Part shown: piece after piece, positions 1 through 8,652 of the stretch
Layout of the letters: each line of letters opens with the position of its first letter
How positions within the stretch are numbered: position 1 is the first letter of the stretch
Translations under genes and position numbers: made by a program
IMG/VR virus record: IMGVR_UViG_3300020048_000009
Coordinates: 147,679-211,678 of that record
DNA length: 64,000 nt
Reading direction: 5' to 3' (one strand)
Origin: a virus
Taxonomy: Duplodnaviria; Caudoviricetes
The notes under the pieces: generated by a model
Databases searched by the model: none
Told to the model about the DNA's origin: nothing
What the model saw: the letters and a program-made list of their open reading frames with translations, nothing else

Positions 1-2
1 TG

Positions 3-491
3 TCTATAGATGATATTCTTAAGGCTTGTGAAATTATGCATGGTGAACAAGAAGGCTTTGTTCTTGTAGATAAAAACTTTAATAGAGTTAAAGTTAAGTC
101 TCCTTTCTATGTTACATTACATCACGCTAAAGATAATGGCCAATTTACTTCTGAAAAGGCTATTAGAATTATTCAAATAAATGAAGTAGATGAATTTTTA
201 ACATACTTCCCTGAATTTAAGCCTTTCTTTGATGAAATAATTGTTTTAGTAGATGATTATGTTTCAGATATGGCACAATGTTTATGTATTGTTTTAGATG
301 GTGTTGAATTTTTATCTAGAAAAGATATTGCGTTACAACTTAAATCACATAAAGCAGCCTGGTATGGTTTTATGGTTTTAGATAAAATTCTTAAACATGA
401 AGTATATCAAATGCCAAGAGATTGTTTTGAAAAGATGGATTCATCCAGAGCAGCAAAGTTTATAGGAGAAAAGTCAATTAAAGTGGCTTAA
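3..491 (+). CDS. T4 Rnl1-like RNA ligase, C-terminal part (5' truncated by window edge)
   Basis: Frame is open from base 3; EGFVLVD..RVKVKS matches nucleotidyltransferase motifs IV and V, followed by a helical C-terminal domain. Confidence 0.7.
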   Translation, partial: SIDDILKACEIMHGEQEGFVLVDKNFNRVKVKSPFYVTLHHAKDNGQFTSEKAIRIIQINEVDEFLTYFPEFKPFFDEIIVLVDDYVSDMAQCLCIVLDGVEFLSRKDIALQLKSHKAAWYGFMVLDKILKHEVYQMPRDCFEKMDSSRAAKFIGEKSIKVA

Positions 492-493
492 TT

Positions 494-1177
494 ATGGCAA
501 AAGAATTATATATATGGGGCGATCCACATTTAAATCATGATAATATTAGACGTTTTTGTGGGCGTCCCTTTCCTACGGTTAAGGAAATGAATGAAGCATT
601 GATTAGCAATTATAATGAGGTTGTTAATCCTAAAGATGATGTTATAATTGTTGGTGATTTTGCTTGGAGTGATCATAACCATTTTCTAGCACAATTACAT
701 GGTAGAAAAACACTAATAATCGGTAATCATGACAAAATGCCAGAAGCGGTACTTAGAAACTTTACTCAAGTTATTGGAACACCGACAAAACCAGGTATTT
801 TAGAAACATGTATTGCTGGACAAAAAATATCGTTTAGTCATTATCCATTATATTCATGGAATGCTTCATTTCATGGAAGTTGGAATATTCATGGTCATTG
901 CCACGGAAGATTAACAGAATTTGATGATCTTCTAAGAACAGATGCGGGTGTAGATTTATATAATTTCTATCCTGTTAATTTTGAAGTTCTAAAATTAAAA
1001 TTACAAAGTAGAGTTCCCGCTTGGAAGAAGAAAATGGAAGAAGTTCATCCAGAAGGTGATGAGACATCTTTATCTAAAAATAAAACAGAATCTTTAAAGT
1101 TTAAACAAATGTTTGAAGAACAAAAAGCTAAAAATACAAATCTACTTAAAGTAGACTATACATATAGAAAGGCTTAA
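494..1177 (+). CDS. calcineurin-like metallophosphoesterase
   Basis: GDPH, VGDF, GNHD and HGHCH motifs. Confidence 0.9.
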   Translation: MAKELYIWGDPHLNHDNIRRFCGRPFPTVKEMNEALISNYNEVVNPKDDVIIVGDFAWSDHNHFLAQLHGRKTLIIGNHDKMPEAVLRNFTQVIGTPTKPGILETCIAGQKISFSHYPLYSWNASFHGSWNIHGHCHGRLTEFDDLLRTDAGVDLYNFYPVNFEVLKLKLQSRVPAWKKKMEEVHPEGDETSLSKNKTESLKFKQMFEEQKAKNTNLLKVDYTYRKA

Positions 1178-1178
1178 A

Positions 1179-1853
1179 ATGGACACACCGACATATTACG
1201 ATAATGTATGTAATGAAGCATTAGATCTTCAAAAACAAATGAATTTAACAGACGTCCAAACCCTTCTTTATAATCATATTTGTAGGGGTGATTTCTATCT
1301 TAGGAATGAAGATGGCCAACATTTTTATGATATTAATAATGAAGGTTTCGGTTATTTTGGTGAACGTGCTTGGGTTAAGAGACAATTTAGTAAACTTGTA
1401 AATGCGGGTTTAGTAAAATTTGAGTCTTTAAGAGATTGCAGGTCAAAACAATGTACTTCTTGGGTTTGGTATTTACCTAAATTTAATTATAACGATTTGG
1501 TTGATGCTTGTTGCTATGTTACTACACATAATTTAGCAATGATCAAAGACCGTTTCAATCTCCCAGATGGATTTTCTAAAGTTGGTAAATATGGAGATTT
1601 AGAATTAATTAAGAACAATGAAGGTTATACTTTTAAGTATAAAGGCGAAGAAAGTATATATTCTTGGGATTATGATGGTAAAGGTATAAAAGAAGATTTG
1701 ACGGATATAACAGGACAACCAACATGGGAATCCGCTCAATATTATGATTCATTTTCTGAGATGTCGCATGATATTATATCGTTCATGGTTAATGACGGGT
1801 ATAAATTAAAAAATGTTAAGGGATATACACAAAAACGGAGGTTTAAAATCTAA
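1179..1853 (+). CDS. hypothetical protein
   Basis: 224-aa ORF tightly packed in the operon. Confidence 0.7.
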   Translation: MDTPTYYDNVCNEALDLQKQMNLTDVQTLLYNHICRGDFYLRNEDGQHFYDINNEGFGYFGERAWVKRQFSKLVNAGLVKFESLRDCRSKQCTSWVWYLPKFNYNDLVDACCYVTTHNLAMIKDRFNLPDGFSKVGKYGDLELIKNNEGYTFKYKGEESIYSWDYDGKGIKEDLTDITGQPTWESAQYYDSFSEMSHDIISFMVNDGYKLKNVKGYTQKRRFKI

Positions 1854-1854
1854 A

Positions 1855-2259
1855 ATGAGTAATGTAATTAAAATTCGAGTTGAAACATCACAAATAGTGG
1901 AAACATGTAAACAAGCGGTTGAAAAACTTGCTATTTATAAAGCTAAAAAATATGAAGAATTGCTTTTAGCTATGGTTAGACCAGTAGAATATAGTTTTTT
2001 TGGTTTAATAAAAACACAAAGCGCTGTTGATAGAGAAAAAGCTATTGAAATTATTAAAAATTGTGAATTTTATGACTATTATGAGCGTTATGCTGGAAAG
2101 GCAACCCAAATTTATTACGAATATAGAAGTCAATATGAAGGTCTTAAAGAATTAATGTTAAAATTAATTCCATATGCTCCTGATAGTACTGAAGGCTCAA
2201 TGCTTTTGCCGCTTGATGCATGGAATGAAATTTGTAATATTTCATTGATGAAAGTATAA
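1855..2259 (+). CDS. hypothetical protein
   Basis: ATG at 1855, right after the upstream stop, preferred over 1813. Confidence 0.7.
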   Translation: MSNVIKIRVETSQIVETCKQAVEKLAIYKAKKYEELLLAMVRPVEYSFFGLIKTQSAVDREKAIEIIKNCEFYDYYERYAGKATQIYYEYRSQYEGLKELMLKLIPYAPDSTEGSMLLPLDAWNEICNISLMKV

Positions 2260-2261
2260 CC

Positions 2262-2786
2262 ATGAAAACATTAGATAAATATGCATTTAAAAATGCTACA
2301 TGCGTTACAATGCAAACGTTGATTGGTGTTTCTACTAGAAGGTTTCCAGTAGATCACGGTAATTGTTTTTCTATTAAATGTGATAATAATATACAGTATA
2401 AAATTGTTAATTTTGTATTAGAAAATTTAGAAAGATTGGTAGAAAAAAAGATTATAAATTGGCCTATTAGAATTCTTCCAATTTCAGAAAGACACGCAGT
2501 AATTATAGATGAAAGAATTCCTGAAAAGTGGTATAGTAAAAAATATTGTGAAGTTTGCTGTCCGTTTGATTTATTACCTCATAATCAAAAAATGTCATAT
2601 GTTAGAAAATTATTGACTAAAGAAATTGAAGAAATTGAATGTCAAGATGGTTCTATTATAGTAAAAAGAGAATTTAAAACGCCGCCACAAAGAACATTAA
2701 AACCAGGATGGACTGTACAACAAGAAACTGATAGTGGTATTATATACTGTGATAGTATTCCGGTAAATTTAAAAAAGAAAATATGA
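2262..2786 (+). CDS. hypothetical protein
   Basis: 174-aa ORF in operon. Confidence 0.7.
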   Translation: MKTLDKYAFKNATCVTMQTLIGVSTRRFPVDHGNCFSIKCDNNIQYKIVNFVLENLERLVEKKIINWPIRILPISERHAVIIDERIPEKWYSKKYCEVCCPFDLLPHNQKMSYVRKLLTKEIEEIECQDGSIIVKREFKTPPQRTLKPGWTVQQETDSGIIYCDSIPVNLKKKI

Positions 2787-3094
2787 GAATTAATAAAATT
2801 ATATGTATACTTTTAGCTTTTTCTTTTATATGTGGATGTGCCACATATTTTGAAAGAAGTGAGTATCCTAGATATAACCAGTATTATCCTGCAACTAAAA
2901 GGGATTATGAAGTATTATCTACTGTAACACATGATATTATTTATGGAACAGGATCTCCTCACAATGTAGGGGGTGAAATAGGTGTTCTTTTGTCTCCGAT
3001 AATAATTCCATGTTTTTTAATAGATTTACCTATTTCTATAACATTTGATACGTTGTTTTTCCCTCTTGATTATTTCGATAAAAACTCAAACTAA
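2783..3094 (+). CDS. YceK/YidQ family (DUF1375) lipoprotein
   Basis: Signal peptide with lipobox FICGC; C-terminal IDLPISITFDTLFFP matches the family DLPxSxxxDTLxxP motif. Confidence 0.75.
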   Translation: MRINKIICILLAFSFICGCATYFERSEYPRYNQYYPATKRDYEVLSTVTHDIIYGTGSPHNVGGEIGVLLSPIIIPCFLIDLPISITFDTLFFPLDYFDKNSN

Positions 3095-3107
3095 AATATA
3101 AAACGTT

Positions 3108-3152
3108 GGTATATTTTAACCTCTATGTTATGTATAGTATTATACATAACAT
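3108..3152 (+). promoter_or_regulatory. putative early promoter GGTATAT-N18-TATAGT overlapping a 12-bp perfect inverted repeat
   Basis: GGTATATTTTAA at 3108; IR atgttatgtata(3125-3136)/tatacataacat(3141-3152). Confidence 0.5.
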
Positions 3153-3176
3153 TTCGTATTTATAAGGAGCAATTAT

Positions 3177-3530
3177 ATGGGTTACATGGGATTAGAGAAT
3201 TATATGGCATCTGATGAAGCATCAGATTTTGTTTGTACTGTTCTTGGAAGCATTGAAAAAGACTGCGAAAAACAACTTAAAAATAAAGCCAATGAGTATA
3301 ATACTCCAGGATATGTTAATATTGCTCTATTTGCTGAAGCATTTTTAAAGAATATTTCAATCTATTCAGATGATAAGCTATATAAGATTTTAGAGCAAGT
3401 AAAAAACAAGCTTGATGAACAAGTAAAAGCTATTAAGAAAATGGAATATTGGAAAGACCAACAAATGCATATTACAGCATTTAAACGGATGTCCAAAAAT
3501 ATTAAGAAAATTTTAGAAAATGCCTATTAA
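3177..3530 (+). CDS. hypothetical protein
   Basis: AGGAG RBS; 117 aa. Confidence 0.75.
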   Translation: MGYMGLENYMASDEASDFVCTVLGSIEKDCEKQLKNKANEYNTPGYVNIALFAEAFLKNISIYSDDKLYKILEQVKNKLDEQVKAIKKMEYWKDQQMHITAFKRMSKNIKKILENAY

Positions 3531-3541
3531 AAGGGCGTGTT

Positions 3542-3676
3542 ATGATAGTAAGCGATTTAATAGAACTATTAAAAAGTATGCCGCCAGATAAACACGTTAA
3601 AATATGTGCAGGCTATACTTTTTTGTTACAGGGTGTAACATGTTCTGACGATGATGATTATGTTGAATTATATTAA
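3542..3676 (+). CDS. small hypothetical protein (not in the ORF track)
   Basis: 44 aa, MIVSDLIELLKSMPPDKHVK..., a typical phage small-ORF N-terminus; fills the gap exactly. Confidence 0.55.
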   Translation: MIVSDLIELLKSMPPDKHVKICAGYTFLLQGVTCSDDDDYVELY

Positions 3677-3694
3677 TTAAATAAAGGAATAAAA

Positions 3695-4696
3695 ATGAAC
3701 GATAACAAACTTAATTCAATCGGTTTCTATACAATGTATGATGAGCGCGTCAGTAAAGTTTCAGCGACTTCACAAATGAAGCGTTGTGAACTTATTATTA
3801 CAGAATATTGTAATTTCAAGTGTCCTTATTGCCGTGGTCTTGCTGATTATATCTATGGTAATAGAAAGATCAAGCAATTGACATTTAAGGAAATTTGTTA
3901 TATCATCGATCAGTGGTGTAAGCTTGAGCCTTTGGAGAGTATCAGATTTTCTGGTGGAGAACCTACTCTTCATCCCGATATTGTAGATGTTATCAAATAT
4001 GCGAAGGCAAAAGGTATTAAGAATATCGCAATTTCTACAAATGGATCTTCTCCTCAGGAATTATATGATCAGCTGTTAGAAGCAGGTGTTAATGACTGCT
4101 CAATTTCATTAGATGCTTGTTGTGCAGAAGATGGCGATCATATGGCTGGTGATAAGAAGGGTGCTTGGGATATTTTAACAAAAAACATTGCATATATCGC
4201 TAAGAAATGTTATGTTACTGTTGGTGTAGTTTTAACTCCTGAAAATGTTGATAAAACTATTGATACTGTTAGATTTGCTCATACATTAGGTGTTGCCGAT
4301 ATTCGTATTATCAGTGCTGCTCAGTGGAATCAGCCAATTCCTAGACTTAATGAAATTGAACAGGAAATTTTAGAAGCACACCCAATTCTAAAATATCGTG
4401 TTGGACATTTCGCAAATGGTGTTAATGTTAGAGGTATTTCTGATACTGATAGCAAGAGATGCTCACTTGGTTACGACGACGCAATCGTAGCGGGTGAATA
4501 TGCGTTCCCATGCATTATCTATATGCGGGAAGGTGGTAAACCTATCTGTAAGGTGGGAGATGATATGCGTGAACGTAAGATAGAATGGTTAAAGACACAT
4601 AACACACATCTTGACCCTATTTGTAAAAAGAATTGCCTGGACGTGTGCGTTTCGTACAACTGCAAATACAGAGAAATTCATGGAGAACAAGCTTAA
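3695..4696 (+). CDS. radical SAM protein
   Basis: CNFKCPYC (CxxxCxxC), FSGGEP, STNG; extra C-terminal Cys cluster. Confidence 0.9.
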   Translation: MNDNKLNSIGFYTMYDERVSKVSATSQMKRCELIITEYCNFKCPYCRGLADYIYGNRKIKQLTFKEICYIIDQWCKLEPLESIRFSGGEPTLHPDIVDVIKYAKAKGIKNIAISTNGSSPQELYDQLLEAGVNDCSISLDACCAEDGDHMAGDKKGAWDILTKNIAYIAKKCYVTVGVVLTPENVDKTIDTVRFAHTLGVADIRIISAAQWNQPIPRLNEIEQEILEAHPILKYRVGHFANGVNVRGISDTDSKRCSLGYDDAIVAGEYAFPCIIYMREGGKPICKVGDDMRERKIEWLKTHNTHLDPICKKNCLDVCVSYNCKYREIHGEQA

Positions 4697-4985
4697 CATA
4701 GAAAGATTTCCAGCATTCGAATTTACCTTTGATAAATGGAGTGCCGGAAGTTTATATAACCTTGGCATAGATGGACATAAACATCTAATGTTTAGATATG
4801 CCATGCGTTATATTAGACAATATGCAATTGGTTATTGTCATGTTGAGTATATTCAAGTTCGACCGAAGCTTGATTGCGTAGCTGTTATGTTTTTCAAAGA
4901 CGAAGTACAATTTTGGACACATTTAACTTTTTCCGAGTTTAGAAGAATATTCCCGGAAGTTCCTAACGATGAAATTTATGAATAA
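4680..4985 (+). CDS. hypothetical protein
   Basis: ATG at 4680 overlapping the upstream gene end, preferred over 4611. Confidence 0.65.
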   Translation: MENKLNIERFPAFEFTFDKWSAGSLYNLGIDGHKHLMFRYAMRYIRQYAIGYCHVEYIQVRPKLDCVAVMFFKDEVQFWTHLTFSEFRRIFPEVPNDEIYE

Positions 4986-5379
4986 GAATTTAAATAATAT
5001 AGAATTTTTAAGAAAATTAGCATTTACTGATTTATTAACTAAATGCTATAATAGAAATTGGTTAAAGTATTGTTATGACAGTACTCTTAATGCTTCTACT
5101 TATTATTTATTCATAGATATTAAGAATTTAAGGGGTATTAATAATGATTCCGGGTATTTACATGGTGATACCACGTTAAAAAATACAGGAATATATTTAA
5201 AAAAATTCGGAGATGTTGTTCGTCTTGGTGGTGATGAATTTCTTGTTATCTGTAAAAATGAAGATATATATTTAAAGGCTTTATCCTATAAGTATAAGAA
5301 ATTTCATATTACAGGTGTTAAGAGTTGTAGTCCTATAACTCGAATAATCGAAAAATTAGATAAGAAGTTAAAAAAGTAA
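4969..5379 (+). CDS. minimal stand-alone GGDEF (diguanylate cyclase-like) protein
   Basis: TDLLTKCYNR, FIDIKNLRGINN, GYLHGD and RLGGDEF occur in canonical order. Confidence 0.85.
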   Translation: MKFMNKNLNNIEFLRKLAFTDLLTKCYNRNWLKYCYDSTLNASTYYLFIDIKNLRGINNDSGYLHGDTTLKNTGIYLKKFGDVVRLGGDEFLVICKNEDIYLKALSYKYKKFHITGVKSCSPITRIIEKLDKKLKK

Positions 5380-5420
5380 GGTATATTTTAATGATGATAT
5401 TACTTATAATATCATCATTA
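5380..5420 (+). promoter_or_regulatory. putative early promoter GGTATAT-N18-TATAAT overlapping a 14-bp perfect inverted repeat
   Basis: GGTATATTTTAA at 5380; TATAAT at 5405; IR 5389-5402/5407-5420. Confidence 0.55.
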
Positions 5421-5441
5421 AGTATTTATTAAGGAGAACAT

Positions 5442-5690
5442 ATGTTAATGATTATTGGTTGGTATTTTATTGGTTTAATTGGAATAACGTCATTTTTATG
5501 GCTTTTAGACGAATTACCGTCTTTAAACCAAATTATGGTAAAAGATATACTTACGGTATGTTTTTTTAGTTCATTTGGACTATTCGTATTTGCAGGTCAT
5601 ATATTATATTTTATTATATTTTTAGTTATTACTATTCAACCGATTTTAAATACAAAAATTGTTGATATTTTTAAAAGAAAGACAAAATAA
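5442..5690 (+). CDS. small membrane protein
   Basis: AGGAG RBS; two hydrophobic segments. Confidence 0.7.
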   Translation: MLMIIGWYFIGLIGITSFLWLLDELPSLNQIMVKDILTVCFFSSFGLFVFAGHILYFIIFLVITIQPILNTKIVDIFKRKTK

Positions 5691-5691
5691 T

Positions 5692-5856
5692 ATGAAAATT
5701 AAAACAATATATGATATTAAACCATTATGGTTGAGAAGAGTTTGTGTGATATTTTTAGGTGTTCCATGCCTTATATTTATAATGTTTGGTACAGCCTGTT
5801 GTGAATGCTGTTCAGGTGTTAGGCAATTTATTAAAATATGGAAAAATGAAGTTTAA
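5692..5856 (+). CDS. small membrane protein
   Basis: ATG at 5692; one hydrophobic segment. Confidence 0.55.
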   Translation: MKIKTIYDIKPLWLRRVCVIFLGVPCLIFIMFGTACCECCSGVRQFIKIWKNEV

Positions 5857-5908
5857 AATATAAAACAAGAATTAATGACTTATGCAACACTAACGGAGGT
5901 AAATTAAC

Positions 5909-7087
5909 ATGAGAAATCTAGCATCTATACAGACAGTTGATAAAATTATTGAAATTCCTAAAGCGAATACTATTGAATTAGTTACATTTAAAAATGTGGC
6001 TTGGCAATGTGTCGCTAAAAAAGGTGAATTTGTACCTGGTGGTTTATGCGTTTATTTTGAAATCGATTCTCTTTTACCCAAAGAAAATACAGCTTTTGCT
6101 TTCATGGAAGCTCGTAAATTCAGAGTTAAAACCGTAAAATTCATGACTGAATATTTATCACAGGGTCTTGCGTTACCTATTTCAGCTTTTCCCGAGCTTG
6201 ATATTGAAAAAATGGCAGATGGTTTAGACGTTACAGAAGTATTAAAAATCACCAAGTATGAAAATGATGCAGGTGATGATGAAGAAGCTGTAGAAGAAAT
6301 GTCTAAAAATAGAAAGAAATATGGAAAATTTAGAAATCTATTAATGAAGTATAAAATTGGTAGATTTATTGTTCGTACCTTTATCGGTAATAAACCTACT
6401 GGTAATTTTCCTACACACCTTTGTGCCAAAACCGATGAAACACGTATTCAAAATCTAGTTTCTTTATTTGAAAAGGCGAAGGGTATTGAATTCATTATAT
6501 CTGAAAAATTAGAAGGTCAATCTGGTACATATATTCTACAAAAAGGTAAATTCTTTAGAAAAAATACCTTTTATGTATGTAGTAGAAATAATTGCTATCC
6601 GACAAAGATTCCTAATAACTTCTGGTATATTGCAGATAAGTATAAAATCCAAGAAATACTTGAAAGTCTTATGAGAAGTTTTAAGGATGCAACACATATA
6701 ACACTACAAGGCGAAATTGTAGGACCAAAAGTTCAGAAAAATATCTATAAATTAGAAGATCTAGAGTTTTATGCGTTCAATATAGTTGTAACCTTTAAAA
6801 ATGGCGATGTTACAGCTTTTAACCCTAAATTTATAAAAGCCTTACTAGAAATAGTATATGAACATACAGTAAAGGCGGAAAATAAAATTACACATTGTCC
6901 TATTTTAGGTACATGTATCTTAGGTGTCACACCTGGATATAGAACAGTTGAAGAAATTTTACAATCTGCTGAAGGATGTTCAACTCTTTTCAATACACAT
7001 AGAGAAGGATTAGTTCTTAGAAACATGGGAATGCATTATTCTTTCAAAGCCGTATCAAATGCATATCTATTAAAACGCGGCTACTAA
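5909..7087 (+). CDS. RNA ligase, DRB0094 (Rnl2-like) family
   Basis: N-terminal LASIQTV..IP.A..IE..W.CV.KKGEF module; motif I SEKLEG, motif III LQGEIVG, motif IV REGLV, motif V SFKAVS. Confidence 0.9.
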   Translation: MRNLASIQTVDKIIEIPKANTIELVTFKNVAWQCVAKKGEFVPGGLCVYFEIDSLLPKENTAFAFMEARKFRVKTVKFMTEYLSQGLALPISAFPELDIEKMADGLDVTEVLKITKYENDAGDDEEAVEEMSKNRKKYGKFRNLLMKYKIGRFIVRTFIGNKPTGNFPTHLCAKTDETRIQNLVSLFEKAKGIEFIISEKLEGQSGTYILQKGKFFRKNTFYVCSRNNCYPTKIPNNFWYIADKYKIQEILESLMRSFKDATHITLQGEIVGPKVQKNIYKLEDLEFYAFNIVVTFKNGDVTAFNPKFIKALLEIVYEHTVKAENKITHCPILGTCILGVTPGYRTVEEILQSAEGCSTLFNTHREGLVLRNMGMHYSFKAVSNAYLLKRGY

Positions 7088-7122
7088 AATTGTATCTGTA
7101 GCAGATACAATATGGAGCAAAT

Positions 7123-7332
7123 ATGATAGATAAACATATATATATTGAAGGTTGGAGAGATTGGCCAAAAGAATCTTTTGGTGGATGGGCGCCTGGAAAT
7201 TATGAGTATTCTATTATTTGTAGAAAATGTAATGGTAGTTACGTTGGAAGCAAATATTCATACCATTGTTATCCATGCGCATTGAAACAATATGAAGAAG
7301 ATATTCAAAAGAATTTAGGAAGCGGAATATGA
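7123..7332 (+). CDS. small Cys-rich hypothetical protein
   Basis: CxxC...CxxC; GGAG RBS. Confidence 0.6.
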   Translation: MIDKHIYIEGWRDWPKESFGGWAPGNYEYSIICRKCNGSYVGSKYSYHCYPCALKQYEEDIQKNLGSGI

Positions 7333-7550
7333 AAATTAATATTAATAATAGATGTAAAGTTATTCTTACAGAAAATGCTCTTGAATCATTATGTTTTAGT
7401 AAAGATGAAATTAAAAGACTTAATAAAGATACAAGAGAATATACCGATGAATTATGGTCTTTAATGAACACTTTTGGTGAATATTTTAAAGCAGCTGGCG
7501 ATAACCAAATATTTGAAAATAATGAAATAGAAATTATAGAAGGTACATAA
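7329..7550 (+). CDS. hypothetical protein
   Basis: ATGA-type overlap with the upstream gene. Confidence 0.65.
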   Translation: MKININNRCKVILTENALESLCFSKDEIKRLNKDTREYTDELWSLMNTFGEYFKAAGDNQIFENNEIEIIEGT

Positions 7551-7606
7551 TGAGGGCTAAGTTATATTTAGTTCCAGATAATGCATTTTAAGGAGTGGTA
7601 AAAATT

Positions 7607-8095
7607 ATGAAAATTAAAATAAGAGATTATGGCCAAAATGGAAAAGAAATTTCTATTAAAGTAAAAAATAATGGAAAAACTTCTACTAAAAAGTTTTATT
7701 ATACTCCCTCACAATTTGGTTCATCGGAAAGTTTTGAGGCTAAATCTAATACAAAGACTCCTATTTTTGTATTACTTAATATGTTATTAGAAGATATTGG
7801 ACAAAAAGATGCATTACAAGTATCCAAAGAACAAATTAAAGCCAAAAAAGAAGCAGAAAAGGCTCGTGAACATAGAATTAATGAAACAGTAAAAGCATTT
7901 AAAGCTATGTGTAAAAAAGAATTGAAAGATAGAAAAGCCAAAGGTTTATGTAATGCAATATTATATCATGGACCAGGACATCAATCTAAAACATTTTGTG
8001 AATGCAAAGGTCCACATAAAAAACATAAATGTAATTTTGGTAGATATGATGAAACAGAAGAATGGACAGGAATGAAGGGATATGCAGGGTATTAA
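7607..8095 (+). CDS. hypothetical protein with Cys/His-rich C-terminus
   Basis: AGGAG at 7591 favours ATG 7607; CNAILYHGPGHQSKTFCECKGPH. Confidence 0.7.
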   Translation: MKIKIRDYGQNGKEISIKVKNNGKTSTKKFYYTPSQFGSSESFEAKSNTKTPIFVLLNMLLEDIGQKDALQVSKEQIKAKKEAEKAREHRINETVKAFKAMCKKELKDRKAKGLCNAILYHGPGHQSKTFCECKGPHKKHKCNFGRYDETEEWTGMKGYAGY

Positions 8096-8118
8096 TATGA
8101 ACCTAAATAAAGGACAAT

Positions 8119-8343
8119 ATGAATAAATTATCAAATTATCATTTTGGTGCCGTAAGAAAAGTTCCAAAATGTAATGAAAATAGAATAGTTATAAGTACCT
8201 ATTATCCATTATGTTTAGGTGAAGATTATACACATATATATAATCCACCTGATGATTATTTGTGTATGCATCCTACAGATTGGAATATGGTATTTTGTGA
8301 GAAATGTTTAGCCCTTAAAAAACAACAAGAGGAAGTAAAATGA
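8119..8343 (+). CDS. small Cys-rich hypothetical protein
   Basis: 74-aa ORF in operon. Confidence 0.55.
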   Translation: MNKLSNYHFGAVRKVPKCNENRIVISTYYPLCLGEDYTHIYNPPDDYLCMHPTDWNMVFCEKCLALKKQQEEVK

Positions 8344-8552
8344 AATTTAATGATATAAATGTTGGACAAGTTTTTATAACAAATTTATTACCAGTAGATA
8401 TTGCGAATAAATGCGGGGTAATTTGTATAGAAAAACAACAAACACCCAATAAGCTCATTATGAAAAGAATGAATTCAGATGAACAATGGATGATTTTTGC
8501 AGATAAGACCACTGATGAATGTAATATGGGAAATTGGATTAAAAAAGATTAA
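8340..8552 (+). CDS. hypothetical protein
   Basis: MKFNDINVGQVF, a typical phage small-ORF start; GAGG RBS. Confidence 0.65.
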   Translation: MKFNDINVGQVFITNLLPVDIANKCGVICIEKQQTPNKLIMKRMNSDEQWMIFADKTTDECNMGNWIKKD

Positions 8553-8573
8553 TATAGCAAAGATGCATTAATT

Positions 8574-8614
8574 GGTGTATAGATGTTGAAATATTGTATA
8601 ATGTATTTATACAA
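8574..8614 (+). promoter_or_regulatory. putative early promoter GGTGTAT-N16-TATAAT with an 8-bp inverted repeat
   Basis: GGTGTAT at 8574, TATAAT at 8597, IR ttgtataa/ttatacaa. Confidence 0.45.
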
Positions 8615-8652
8615 ATGGATATACCATTTATCATATCAGAGGAATATAAAAA

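Noticed and set aside
3125-3152. Resemblance of the inverted repeat to loxP or dif recombination sites
   Set aside because: The spacer is 4 bp rather than 6-8, the arms do not match XerC/D or Cre consensus, and no recombinase is present; similar hairpins with other sequences overlap promoters
3695-4696. Viperin-like antiviral enzyme
   Set aside because: Only generic radical SAM motifs are visible; viperin-specific motifs were not recognised
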